A stretch of DNA of 24,000 nt from Clostridiales bacterium Firm_10 (GCA_001603025.1 LVAP01000090.1:6870-30869), one strand, 5' to 3'. Numbered from the stretch's first letter, positions 8,284 through 17,877 are shown. A program made the numbers and translations. The notes: generated by a model not told the origin, from the letters alone.

Positions 8284-9681
8284 ATGAAAAAACTGCTTCG
8301 CTCCGGAAAAATCCGTCCGCTGATCGTCGTCGCCGTGCTGGTGCTGGTGGTGGCGCTGAACGCCGCGCTCGGCGGCCTGAACGGGCTGCACGTCGACCTG
8401 ACGAAAAACCGCGCGGCCACCCTCGACGCCGCGACGCTCAGCGCCGCGCGCGCCCTGGAGGAGCCGGTGCGCCTGTACGCCATTGAAAGCGAGGAAAACC
8501 GCAACGTGTGGCTGGACGAGCTGCTGGCGCGGTTCGCGGCCGCAAGCAGCCGCCTTACGCTGGAAACGGTCGATCCCGAATCCCCGCGGATGGAATCGCT
8601 GCACGACTATGCCGCCGGGCAGGAGCTGGTCGACGGCAGCGTGCTGGTGGTGTCCGACAGGCGCAGCGTCCTGCTGACCGTGGACGACCTGTTCAGCTAC
8701 GATTACGACCAGACCGCCTACTACTATTACGGCGTCATGCAGTATACCCGGGCCGATTTCACCGCCCAGGACGCGCTCTGCCGCGCCCTCTCCTACGTCA
8801 CCCGCAGCGACATGCCGGTGCTTTACGCGCTGAGCGGCCACGGCGAGAACGGTTGGGACGGCACGCTGAACGCGCTGTGCTTCCGCAACGGCGTCGCGCT
8901 GGAAACGCTGGAGCTGGCGGACGGCCAGGCCGTGCCGGCGGACGCCGCGGCAGTGCTGTTGGACAATCCCGCTTCGCCTGTGGGCGAATCCACCGTGGAC
9001 GCGCTGCTGGACTACCTGAAAGATGGCGGCGACATGCTGCTGCTGACCAGCTATAACACCGACTTCACCGGGCTCGACCGCCTGGTAGAGTACTACGGCA
9101 TGGCCCGCAAGACCGGCCTGGTGATCGACAACGACGCCGCCCATGTGTACAGCTCGGACTACAAGTATTACCTCAAGCCCGACCTGCGCGACCATCCCGT
9201 CACCGCGCCGCTCATCGAGGCGGGTCAGCGGGTCATCATGCCGGTCGCCGAGGCCATCGAGCGCAGCGACGTGCGCCGCGCCGGCCTGAATGCGCAGCCC
9301 CTGCTGCTCACCACGGACCAGGCCTACATCAAGCTCAACACGCAGGCGGTAGCCACCCTCGATCGGGAAGAGGGCGACGAGCCCGGCCGCTTCATGCTGG
9401 GCATGGCCGCGGTGGAAGGCGACACGCACCTCACCTGGTTCTCCTGCGCCACGCTGATCGCCGCGGGCGTGAGCACGGCTTCCGGCGGCGCCAACGACGC
9501 GCTGGTCACGTCCGCGCTGCGGCAGATGTTCGACTTCCCGGCGCAGGCCGAGGCCGTTCCCGCCGTCAGCCTGCTGAATGATCCCACCTCCCTCCCCGCG
9601 GTCCCCGCGCTCGCCGCGCTGATCGCCCTGCCGCTGGTCTGTCTGCTGATCGGTCTGATCCGCAGGAGAAAGCTGAGCTGA
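8284..9681 (+). CDS. GldG-like ABC transporter auxiliary component (ABC-type uncharacterised transport system)
   Basis: 465 aa. N-terminal TM (IRPLIVVAVLVLVVALNAAL) followed by VDLTKNRAATL..EPVRLYAIES, as in GldG-family N-termini. C-terminal TM anchor (LAALIALPLVCLLIGLI RRRK). The start is 1 nt after the permease stop. Confidence 0.75.
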   Translation: MKKLLRSGKIRPLIVVAVLVLVVALNAALGGLNGLHVDLTKNRAATLDAATLSAARALEEPVRLYAIESEENRNVWLDELLARFAAASSRLTLETVDPESPRMESLHDYAAGQELVDGSVLVVSDRRSVLLTVDDLFSYDYDQTAYYYYGVMQYTRADFTAQDALCRALSYVTRSDMPVLYALSGHGENGWDGTLNALCFRNGVALETLELADGQAVPADAAAVLLDNPASPVGESTVDALLDYLKDGGDMLLLTSYNTDFTGLDRLVEYYGMARKTGLVIDNDAAHVYSSDYKYYLKPDLRDHPVTAPLIEAGQRVIMPVAEAIERSDVRRAGLNAQPLLLTTDQAYIKLNTQAVATLDREEGDEPGRFMLGMAAVEGDTHLTWFSCATLIAAGVSTASGGANDALVTSALRQMFDFPAQAEAVPAVSLLNDPTSLPAVPALAALIALPLVCLLIGLIRRRKLS

Positions 9682-9692
9682 AAGGAGCATCC

Positions 9693-10493
9693 ATGCCCCG
9701 CATCCGTCTGACAGTCGAATACGACGGCACAGGCTACGCCGGCTGGCAGCGGCAGGAAAACGCCGTGAGCGTGCAGCAGCGGCTGGAGGAGGCCCTCGGC
9801 AGACTGCTGGACGCCGACGTCCGCGTGACCGGCGCAAGCCGCACCGATGCGGGCGTGCACGCGCTGGGCCAGGTCGTTCACTTCGACACGGCCAGCCGCA
9901 TCCCACCCGAAAAATACGCCTATGCGCTCAATACCATGCTGCCGGACGACATCCGCGTGCGCGCATCCATGGCCGCGGCGGATGATTTCCACGCCCGCTT
10001 CGACGCCCGGGGGAAGATTTACCGCTACATGATGTTCAACAGCCCCCACGCCAGCGCGCTGCTGCGGCATTCCCACGCGCACGTGATGTATCCGCTGGAT
10101 GCGGAGCGCATGAACGAAGAGGCCCGCGCCGTCATCGGCACGCACGATTTCCAGGCCTTCGCGGCCAGCGGCTCCGTGGCGAAGGACACGGTGCGCACCA
10201 TCCACGACTGCCGGGTGGTCCGCGCGGGCGACGAGGTGATGCTGCTGGTGCGCGGCAGCGGTTTTCTCTATAACATGGTGCGCATCCTGGCGGGCACGGT
10301 CATCCAGGTGGGCAGCGGCAAGCTGGAAAAGGGCGCGATCGACCGCGCGCTGGCCGGCAGGAGCCGGCTTTCGCTGGGCGTCACCGCGCCGCCGCACGGG
10401 CTCACGCTGATGCGCGTGTTCTATCCGGACGACGAGGACGAGGCGCAGCCGTGCTTCGATAAAATCCTGCGCCGCTTCCACGCCTGGACATAG
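9693..10493 (+). CDS. truA: tRNA pseudouridine(38-40) synthase TruA
   Basis: 266 aa. RLTVEYDGTGYAGWQRQ and the catalytic GASRTDAGVHALGQV motif. RBS AAGGAG. Lies only 11 nt after the GldG-like gene. Confidence 0.95.
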   Translation: MPRIRLTVEYDGTGYAGWQRQENAVSVQQRLEEALGRLLDADVRVTGASRTDAGVHALGQVVHFDTASRIPPEKYAYALNTMLPDDIRVRASMAAADDFHARFDARGKIYRYMMFNSPHASALLRHSHAHVMYPLDAERMNEEARAVIGTHDFQAFAASGSVAKDTVRTIHDCRVVRAGDEVMLLVRGSGFLYNMVRILAGTVIQVGSGKLEKGAIDRALAGRSRLSLGVTAPPHGLTLMRVFYPDDEDEAQPCFDKILRRFHAWT

Positions 10494-10508
10494 GCGAATA
10501 ATGTGTCA

Positions 10509-10543
10509 GCGGAGAGGGCGTCCTGCTCTCTCCGCGCCTCTTT
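10509..10543 (+). terminator. possible weak terminator after truA
   Basis: GCGGAGAG (10509-10516) pairs with CTCTCCGC (10528-10535), followed by GCCTCTTT. The U-tract is short and interrupted. Confidence 0.35.
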
Positions 10544-10601
10544 CAGGAGATTGGCAGGCAGAGCGCCGCCGCCGCGGACATTGGATTAAGAAAGGATTCC
10601 C

Positions 10602-12755
10602 ATGACTGAACGGATTTGCGAATACCTGGCGGAGCAGGGCCGCGCCATGGACCTGTTCGACCTGGCGGACGCGCTGGCGATGCCGGCCGACGAGGTGAGC
10701 GCGGCGCTCGGCAGCCTCGCGGAACAGGGCCGCGTGGTCGTCTCGAAGAAGGGCCGATACGCCGTGCCCGAAACGCTCGGGCTCATCCCGGCGAAAGCCG
10801 TCATCCTGCGCAGCGGGGTGCCGCACGCCCGGCCGCTGGACGGCTCGCCCGAAATGAAGATCTCCCGCGCCGGGGAATTGCGCGCCATGCACGGCGACCT
10901 GATCCTGGTGCGCCGCGGACGCGCCGACGACCCCGGAATCTGCGAGCTGGCCGCCGTCACGCAGCGCGCGGCACAGAAGCTGATCGGCATCGTACAGATG
11001 GAGACGCGCCTCATAGAGAAAAAGCCGGTGATCGTGCGCCATGGCCGGCATAAGAAGCTGATGCGCCAGCCGCCGGAGGAAATCGAATACCTCGCCGCGC
11101 GGCCCTGCGACCTGCACGTGGCCTGCGCCGTGGAAATAACGGAGAACGCGCCCAAAGCCCGCCTGGGCGACACGGTGGTGCTGCGGGTGCTGGAGTATCC
11201 GCGCCGCCACACGCCCCTCAAAGCGGCGGTGGTGCGCGTGCTGGGCCGCGGGCTGGACATCGGCATCCAGCTGGATGCGCTCGTCGAGACGCACGGCCTG
11301 CCCGCCGTGTTCCCGGAGGATGCGCTCATTGAGGCCGCCGCCCTGCCGGACGGCGTGACGGAGTCGGACATCGCGGGCCGTTTCGACGCCCGCGGCATTC
11401 CCCTGTTCACCATCGACGGCGACGACGCGCAGGATTTCGACGACGCCGTGTCGCTGGAAAGGGCCGGGGCGGGCTGGCGGCTGGGCGTGCACATCGCGGA
11501 CGTGTCGCACTACGTGGCGCAGGGCGGGGCCATCGACCGCGAAGCGCTGCGGCGGGGCACGTCGGTATACCTGCCCGGGCGCACGCTGCCCATGCTGCCG
11601 GAAAAGCTGTGCAACCGGCTGTGTTCTCTCATGCCGGATGTCGACCGGCTCGCCATGTCTCTGTTCCTGACGCTGGAAAACGGGGGGGTGACGGACGTCC
11701 GCCTGGAGAATTCCGTGATCCATTCCCGCGCGCGGCTGACCTACGCCGAGGTGAACAGGCTGTTCGACGGCGCGGAAAACGGGGTGCCCGCCGCGCTGCG
11801 GCCCATCCTCTTCGACATGGACGCGGTGGCCCGCCAGCTGCGGCAAAAGCGCGGCGACCGGGGCAGCATAGACTTCGACCTGCCCGAGCCCGCGCTTACG
11901 CTGGACGAAGAGGGATACCCCGTCGACGTGCAGGCCCGCGAACGGGGCGAGGCGGAGCGGCTCATCGAGGATTTCATGCTGGCCGCGAACGAGGCCGTGG
12001 CGGAGATGGCGAAGAGCTGCCGCCTGCCCTTCCTCTACCGCGTGCACGAGAAACCCGACCCGGACCGTCTGGCCGCGCTGGAGCTGTTCCTGGCCAACCT
12101 GAACCATCCGGTCCGGCTGGGCAGGGAACCCCATCCCCGCCAGCTGCAGGAGCTGCTGGCGGACACGGCGGCGCTGCCCGAGGCGGCGGTCATCAAGCGC
12201 CAGCTGCTGCGCTCGCTCAAGCGCGCCTGCTACATGGCCGAGCCGCTGGGCCACTACGGCCTGGCCGCGCGCGATTACTGCCACTTCACTTCTCCCATCC
12301 GCCGCTATCCCGACCTGACGGCGCACCGCATGCTCAAGCTGCTGCTGGCGGGCGGACTGGAGCAGGCGCAATCGCAGGAGGCGCGCATGCCCGTCCTGGC
12401 CGCGCAGTCATCCGAGCGCGAGTTCGCCGCCGCCACCGCGGAACGGGACGCGGACGACCTGATGAAGGCGCATTACATGCGCGGCCGCGAGGGCGAGGAG
12501 TTCGACGGCGTGGTCAGCGGCGTGCACAGCTGGGGATTCTTCGTGTCGCTGCCCAACACCGTCGAGGGGCTGGTGCGCGCGCGGGATCTCAGCGACTACT
12601 ACGACTTCGACGAAACGCGCCAGCTCCTGGTGGGCGAGCGCACGCGCCGGATGATCCGCCTGGGCGACCGGGTGCGCGTGCTGCTGGAGCGGGTGGACAC
12701 CATGGCCTGCGAAATCGATTTCCTGCCTGTGTGGGAGCGGGCAGCCGGCCGCTGA
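10602..12755 (+). CDS. rnr: ribonuclease R
   Basis: 717 aa. N-terminal winged-helix-like region. RNB catalytic region (FTIDGDDAQDFDDAVS, TSVYLPGRTLPMLPEKLCN, HYGLAARDYCHFTSPIRRYPDL). C-terminal S1 domain (FDGVVSGVHSWGFFVSL). Confidence 0.96.
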   Translation: MTERICEYLAEQGRAMDLFDLADALAMPADEVSAALGSLAEQGRVVVSKKGRYAVPETLGLIPAKAVILRSGVPHARPLDGSPEMKISRAGELRAMHGDLILVRRGRADDPGICELAAVTQRAAQKLIGIVQMETRLIEKKPVIVRHGRHKKLMRQPPEEIEYLAARPCDLHVACAVEITENAPKARLGDTVVLRVLEYPRRHTPLKAAVVRVLGRGLDIGIQLDALVETHGLPAVFPEDALIEAAALPDGVTESDIAGRFDARGIPLFTIDGDDAQDFDDAVSLERAGAGWRLGVHIADVSHYVAQGGAIDREALRRGTSVYLPGRTLPMLPEKLCNRLCSLMPDVDRLAMSLFLTLENGGVTDVRLENSVIHSRARLTYAEVNRLFDGAENGVPAALRPILFDMDAVARQLRQKRGDRGSIDFDLPEPALTLDEEGYPVDVQARERGEAERLIEDFMLAANEAVAEMAKSCRLPFLYRVHEKPDPDRLAALELFLANLNHPVRLGREPHPRQLQELLADTAALPEAAVIKRQLLRSLKRACYMAEPLGHYGLAARDYCHFTSPIRRYPDLTAHRMLKLLLAGGLEQAQSQEARMPVLAAQSSEREFAAATAERDADDLMKAHYMRGREGEEFDGVVSGVHSWGFFVSLPNTVEGLVRARDLSDYYDFDETRQLLVGERTRRMIRLGDRVRVLLERVDTMACEIDFLPVWERAAGR

Positions 12756-12773
12756 ACAGAAAGGAGCGTTCAC

Positions 12774-13643
12774 ATGGCAAACCGATACGTCATCGCCGCG
12801 GGCGATCTCCGGGCAGAGGTGCTCGCGCCGGAGAGCCCGGAATACGGATTCACGCGCTTCAACCACTCGGCCTTCGTGCCGGACGTCGCCTACCGGGGCG
12901 TGCGCTTCGGCCAGCCGGAGATGACCGATCCCCAACGGCCCACGACGAAAGGCGCGGGGCTGTGCTGCGAAATCATCTGCCCGGAGGTTGAAACCTCCGT
13001 CGCGGTGGGCGAGGAATACCTCAAGCCGGGCATCGGCTACGTGACGCGCACTGCCGAGCCATGGCGCATCTACGGCGTCAATCCGCCCTACAGGCCCCTG
13101 GAAACCGCCGTCACCGCGCAGAGCGACCGCATCCTCTTTGTCACCGAGACGGAACAGGTCGCCGGCTATGCCTATCGCGAGTGCCGCCGTCTTTTGGCCG
13201 AGGACGGGCGGCTTACCCTCAGCGTGCACTTTGAAAACCAGGGCGAGAAGCCGCTTGCCTTCACCGAGTACTGCCACAATTTCATCTCGCTGGGCGATCT
13301 GCAGACCTCGCCGGCCCACCATCTGGCGCTGCCCTGCGTGGAAGCGCTGACGCTCGACCCGGAAAAATCGCACATGCGCGCGGAAGAGGGCGGCGTGAGC
13401 TGGCTGGGGATCCCCGGCGTGTTCTTCAACGTGTTCGACAGGACGCGGCGGGCTGAAGGCCCGGCCTGGCGCCTGACCCACGAGAACAGCTCCGTATCCA
13501 TCAGCGAGACGGTCGATTTCACGCCGGTGAAGCTCACGGTGTGGGGGCTGGAGCATGTGATCAGCCCCGAAGTGTTCATCGCCGTGCGCCTGGAGCCCGG
13601 GGAAAGCGCGGAATGGACGCGCGTCTGGACGTTCGAAGCCTGA
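12774..13643 (+). CDS. hypothetical protein (possibly a galactose-mutarotase-like beta-sandwich; function unknown)
   Basis: 289 aa. RBS AAGGAG about 8 nt upstream and only 18 nt after the rnr stop. Composition looks coding. The fold guess rests on weak mutarotase-like strings (TEYCHNFISLG, GLEHVISPEVF) and is tentative. Confidence 0.6.
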   Translation: MANRYVIAAGDLRAEVLAPESPEYGFTRFNHSAFVPDVAYRGVRFGQPEMTDPQRPTTKGAGLCCEIICPEVETSVAVGEEYLKPGIGYVTRTAEPWRIYGVNPPYRPLETAVTAQSDRILFVTETEQVAGYAYRECRRLLAEDGRLTLSVHFENQGEKPLAFTEYCHNFISLGDLQTSPAHHLALPCVEALTLDPEKSHMRAEEGGVSWLGIPGVFFNVFDRTRRAEGPAWRLTHENSSVSISETVDFTPVKLTVWGLEHVISPEVFIAVRLEPGESAEWTRVWTFEA

Positions 13644-13695
13644 CCGGCCCGCGCCCCTGCCCGCGCCGGCATTCGATTTCACGAAATGAGCACGC

Positions 13696-13725
13696 AAAAG
13701 CGCGGGGTTGTTTCCAACCCCGCGC
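13696..13725 (-). terminator. intrinsic terminator of hpf
   Basis: Perfect hairpin GCGCGGGGTTG, loop TTTC, CAACCCCGCGC (13700-13725). On the minus strand it is followed by TTTT (the A-run at 13696-13699). Confidence 0.8.
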
Positions 13726-13829
13726 CCAAAGGCCGACGGTATCTGTCGCCGCGCCGCGCCGGTTTCGCCTGGCACGGCGTTTTCTGCGTTCAGATCCGCC
13801 ATCAGGCCTTGTAAATGCCTCTTTGCCGT

Positions 13830-14369
13830 TTATCCCAGAATGGGCTCGATCATGCCCACAGTGCCGTCCGACCGGCGGTATACCACGCTGGTGATGCTGG
13901 TCTCCGCGTTCACAAACACGAAGAAGCTGTGGCCCAGCATATCCATCTGCGCGATGGCGTCCTCCACCGCCATGGGCTTGACCACGAAGCGCTTCACGCG
14001 CACCAGCTCGTCGGGCGTTTCCTCCCAGGCGGGAACGGATTCTTCGTCACTGGTCAGCGCTTCCAGCGCAGCGGGATCGGCCTTCTTTTCCAGCTTGGTG
14101 CGGTGGCGGCGGATCTGGCGGACGATCTTGTCGGCCGCGCGATCCACGCTCTGATACATATCGCTGGTGATCTCCTCGGCGCGCAGCATCACACCGCCCA
14201 CGACCAGCGTAATTTCCGCGATATTCCGCGCGCCGCGCTCCTGGCTGAGCTTCACCTGCACGTCTTCCTCGCCGCGGAAATAGCGGTCAAGTTTATTAAG
14301 CTTTTTTTCAATACGTTCCTGCATGGCATCGGAAACGGTCATATTTCTCGCATTAACAGTAAGACGCAT
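13830..14369 (-). CDS. hpf: ribosome hibernation promoting factor (long form HPF)
   Basis: 179 aa from MRLTVNARNMTVSDAMQERIEKKLNKLDRYF. C-terminal dimerisation domain (VKRFVVKPMAVEDAIAQMDMLGHSFFVF). RBS GGAGTG 8 nt before ATG 14369. The 14399 start in the ORF track would include the RBS. Confidence 0.93.
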   Translation of the reverse strand: MRLTVNARNMTVSDAMQERIEKKLNKLDRYFRGEEDVQVKLSQERGARNIAEITLVVGGVMLRAEEITSDMYQSVDRAADKIVRQIRRHRTKLEKKADPAALEALTSDEESVPAWEETPDELVRVKRFVVKPMAVEDAIAQMDMLGHSFFVFVNAETSITSVVYRRSDGTVGMIEPILG

Positions 14370-14634
14370 GTTTTTCACTCCTGACTTTCTCTGAATCACG
14401 AATGGCTCCTAAGCGGCCCGCCTGCCCGGCAGGCCTTCGCGCGCTGCCATGGGAATCACGTCCCTTCCTGAGGCCTTCGGCCTTTCTACTGTTTTTATTT
14501 CGCCATTCGGTAAAATATTCCTGCAACGCATCACCGCTCTGATTATTTTTTTATTTTATGGCTTGTGTGATTCGCTTAAATGACGGCCGGCAATCGTTAC
14601 AGAATCGGCTTTTCACGCCGGAACTCATTCGCTC

Positions 14635-14663
14635 TTGACATCTCCTGTATTCCCATGTACTAT
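14635..14663 (+). promoter_or_regulatory. sigma-A type promoter of the GH38 gene
   Basis: TTGACA (14635-14640), 17-nt spacer, TACTAT (14658-14663). Confidence 0.65.
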
Positions 14664-14741
14664 AAATATGGCTTTGAAAGCATTCGCCTTTTCCCGCGCC
14701 TTTCTGCCATAATTCAACCGACGTGAAAGGATGTTGTCTCC

Positions 14742-17700
14742 ATGCAAATGCATCAGCTCGCCGAGCGCGCGCGCAAGATGATCCAGACCCTGAAAACGCT
14801 GCAGGTCCGTGCCTCCGTGCCCGTGTCCGGCATTGAAATCGCCCCCCGCGGCACGCAGGATTTCGTCCCCTTCACCAACGGCGCCGAATGGGGCCAGGAC
14901 ACCGCCCGCGACTGGATGGATTTCCGCTTCACCGTGACCACGCCCGCGGATTTTCGCGGCAAGGCGGTCCTCTCCATTTCCACCGGCCGCGAGAGCGGGT
15001 GGGAGGCGATCAACCCGCAATTCGTGGTGTGGGTGAACGGCCGCATCGAGCAGGCCTTCGACACCAAGCACACCTCGCTGACGCTGGACGTGGAGGCCGT
15101 GCCCGGCAGGAGCTACGAGGTTTTCATGCAGGGCTACGCCAACGCCTTCGTGTCCGGGCAGGATCCCCGCAGGGTCATCCCGCCGCGGCTGCGCGTCTCC
15201 CTCGACGACGTGTGCGAGGACGTGGTGCAGCTCACTTACGACCTGAACGTGCCCTATGAGGCGCTGCTGCTCGAGCCCAGGGACTGCCGCGACCGGGAGC
15301 TGACCGTGTACACCCTCTCAGACGCGCTGAACCTGCTCGACCTGCGCAATCCCTTCAGCGAGGGGTTCCACGCATCCGTCGCGGCGGCGCGCGCATTCAT
15401 GAAGGAGAATTACTACGACAAAATCGCGGCCATCGAGCCGGAGGCCTATGCCGACATCATCGGCCACACACACATCGACGTGGCCTGGCTGTGGGACCTC
15501 TACCAGACGCGCCACAAGGCCGTGCGCACCTTTGCCACCATGCTCAAGCTGATGGAGCTTTATCCCGAATTCAAATTCATGTCCAGCCAGGCGCAGCTGT
15601 ATCAGTTCGTGAAGGAGGATCAGCCCGAGCTGTTCGAGCGCATCAGGAAGGCCGTGGCTGAGGGCCGCTGGGAGCCCGAAGGCGGCATGTGGGTGGAAGC
15701 CGACTGCAACCTTTCCGGCGGCGAGGCGCTGGTGCGCCAGCTGCTCTGCGGCAACGAGTTCTTCGAGACGGAATTCGGCCGCCGCTCCCGCGTGCTCTGG
15801 CTGCCGGACGTGTTCGGCTATTCCGCCGCGCTGCCGCAGATCCTCAAGAAGAGCGGCATCGATTACTTCCTCACCAGCAAGCTGAGCTGGAGCGAATTCA
15901 ACCTCTCGCCCTACGACACCTTCAGCTGGAAGGGCATTGACGGCAGCGAGGTGCTCACCCACTTCACCCCCACGCGGGACTTCACCGGCGAAGGCAGCTA
16001 TGAGCGCCACGACGACCTGGCCTTCTTCACCACCTACAACGCCATGATCAACCCCATGCAGATCAAGGGCGGCTGGCAGCGCTTCCAGCAGAAGGGGCTG
16101 GACAACCACTTCCTGGTGAGCTACGGTTTCGGAGACGGCGGCGGCGGCTCGGCCGACTGGATGATCGAAAACGCCCGCCGCATGCGGGGCCCTGTGGCCG
16201 GCCTCCCCGCCGTGCGGCAGGAGTTTGCGCGGGATTTCTTTGAAAAGCTGGAAAAGCGCGTGGCCGGCAACAAGCGCCTGCCCAAGTGGTCCGGCGAGCT
16301 GTACCTGGAGTATCACCGGGGCACCTACACAGCCATGGCGCGCAACAAGCGCAGCAACCGCAAAATCGAAATCGAGCTGCGCGAGGTGGAGCTGTGGCGC
16401 GAATACGCCCGCAGGGCCTGCGGCCTCCCCTATCCCAACGACCAGATGCGCTCCATCTGGCGGCGCATGCTCACCCTGCAGTTCCACGACATCCTGCCCG
16501 GCAGCTCCATCCAAAAGGTCTACGACGACTCGAAAGAAATCTACGCCCAGCTGTTCGCGGAGCTGAAGGCGATCAAGGGCGAAGCCTTCGCCGCGCTGGG
16601 CGAAAACCTGGCAGGCGACGCGCTGCTGTACAACTCCCTCAGCGAGACGCGGGACGACGTGGTCTCCTTCGAGGCGGACGACGCCGTGACCGCGCTGCGC
16701 GACGCGCAGGGCCGTGAATACCCCGTCCAGCACGTGGAGGGCAGGGCCTATGCCTTCGTGCGCGGCATGGCGCCCATGGCCGCCACGCCCGTGTGGTTCG
16801 TGCGGGGCCGGGCGGACGCCTCCGTCCTGGCGGTGGACACGCGCGCCTTCGAGACGCCCTTCTTCCGCGGCCGCTTCGACGAAGCCATGCGCATGACCTC
16901 CCTGGTGGACGTGAGGGCGGACCGCGAGCTGGTGAAGCCGGGCCAGGCCTTCAACCGCATCGTGTGCTATGAAAACCGCCCGCACAACTACGACGCCTGG
17001 GATATCAACATTTACTACGACGAGCACAGCTGGGAAGTGACCGACCTCGTCTCCAGCGAGCTCGTGGCCAACGGGCCGGTGCTGGCGAAGGTGCGCAACA
17101 CCTACCGCTTCAATAACTCCACCATCCGGCAGGACGTGGTGTTCTACCGCGACCTGGACCGCATCGACTTCGACACCCGGGTGGACTGGAAGGAACAGCA
17201 CTACATGCTCAAGGCCCACTTCCCCGCCGACCTGTTCTACAACGACGCCACCTTCGACATCCAGTACGGCAACGTGCGCCGCGCCACCCACAGGAACACC
17301 AGCTGGGATGTGGCCCGCTTCGAGGTGTGCGCCCACAAGTGGATGGATGTGAGCGAAGGCAACTACGGCTTCAGCCTGATGAACGACTGCAAGTACGGCC
17401 ACAGCGTGGATGAAAACAGCGTGGCGCTGACCCTGCTCAAGAGCTCCACCGACCCCAACCCCACTGCCGACCAGGAGATGCACTTCTTCACCTACTCCAT
17501 CGCGCCCCACAGCGGCGACTGGCGCGCGGCCAACACGCCGGAAAAGGCTTACAGGCTGAACATCCCCGTCACCGCGCTGCCGGGCCGGGGCGGCGAAGGG
17601 ACGCTGCCTTCCTTCGCGCAGGTCGACCAGCCGAACGTGATCATCGAATCGGTGAAACGCGCGCTGAAGAGCGACGCCACCGTCATCCGCCTGTATGAAT

Positions 17701-17864
17701 GCTTCGGCCAGCGGGCCAGGGTGCGCCTCACTTTGGCGGACACGCCGAAATCAGTGAAGGCCGCCTCCCTGATGGAAGACGCGCAGGGCGACGTGCCCTT
17801 CGAAGGAAATGCCGTCACGTTCGAGATCAAGCCCTATGAGATCGTGACGTTCATGGTGGAATAA
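14742..17864 (+). CDS. alpha-mannosidase, glycoside hydrolase family 38 (no signal peptide)
   Basis: 1040 aa. GH38 N-terminal catalytic signature IIGHTHIDVAWLW, LWLPDVFGYS, and YLEYHRGTYT in the central domain. The length is typical of bacterial GH38 enzymes. Confidence 0.93.
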   Translation: MQMHQLAERARKMIQTLKTLQVRASVPVSGIEIAPRGTQDFVPFTNGAEWGQDTARDWMDFRFTVTTPADFRGKAVLSISTGRESGWEAINPQFVVWVNGRIEQAFDTKHTSLTLDVEAVPGRSYEVFMQGYANAFVSGQDPRRVIPPRLRVSLDDVCEDVVQLTYDLNVPYEALLLEPRDCRDRELTVYTLSDALNLLDLRNPFSEGFHASVAAARAFMKENYYDKIAAIEPEAYADIIGHTHIDVAWLWDLYQTRHKAVRTFATMLKLMELYPEFKFMSSQAQLYQFVKEDQPELFERIRKAVAEGRWEPEGGMWVEADCNLSGGEALVRQLLCGNEFFETEFGRRSRVLWLPDVFGYSAALPQILKKSGIDYFLTSKLSWSEFNLSPYDTFSWKGIDGSEVLTHFTPTRDFTGEGSYERHDDLAFFTTYNAMINPMQIKGGWQRFQQKGLDNHFLVSYGFGDGGGGSADWMIENARRMRGPVAGLPAVRQEFARDFFEKLEKRVAGNKRLPKWSGELYLEYHRGTYTAMARNKRSNRKIEIELREVELWREYARRACGLPYPNDQMRSIWRRMLTLQFHDILPGSSIQKVYDDSKEIYAQLFAELKAIKGEAFAALGENLAGDALLYNSLSETRDDVVSFEADDAVTALRDAQGREYPVQHVEGRAYAFVRGMAPMAATPVWFVRGRADASVLAVDTRAFETPFFRGRFDEAMRMTSLVDVRADRELVKPGQAFNRIVCYENRPHNYDAWDINIYYDEHSWEVTDLVSSELVANGPVLAKVRNTYRFNNSTIRQDVVFYRDLDRIDFDTRVDWKEQHYMLKAHFPADLFYNDATFDIQYGNVRRATHRNTSWDVARFEVCAHKWMDVSEGNYGFSLMNDCKYGHSVDENSVALTLLKSSTDPNPTADQEMHFFTYSIAPHSGDWRAANTPEKAYRLNIPVTALPGRGGEGTLPSFAQVDQPNVIIESVKRALKSDATVIRLYECFGQRARVRLTLADTPKSVKAASLMEDAQGDVPFEGNAVTFEIKPYEIVTFMVE

Positions 17865-17877
17865 GCAGGTCTCCCAT

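Noticed and set aside
6684-13802. Very long minus-strand ORFs at 6684-8504, 8221-9906, 9324-10481, 10506-12371 and 12408-13802, overlapping the ABC operon, truA, rnr and the 289-aa gene.
   Set aside because: Same GC-driven artefact. The sequences are Arg/Ala/Gly/Pro-rich with no RBS and no recognisable domains, and the plus-strand genes are well supported.
14589-14603. cre-like sequence GGCAATCGTTACAG upstream of the GH38 promoter.
   Set aside because: It matches only the central AANCG core of the CcpA cre consensus, and both flanks (the TG and CA ends) mismatch.
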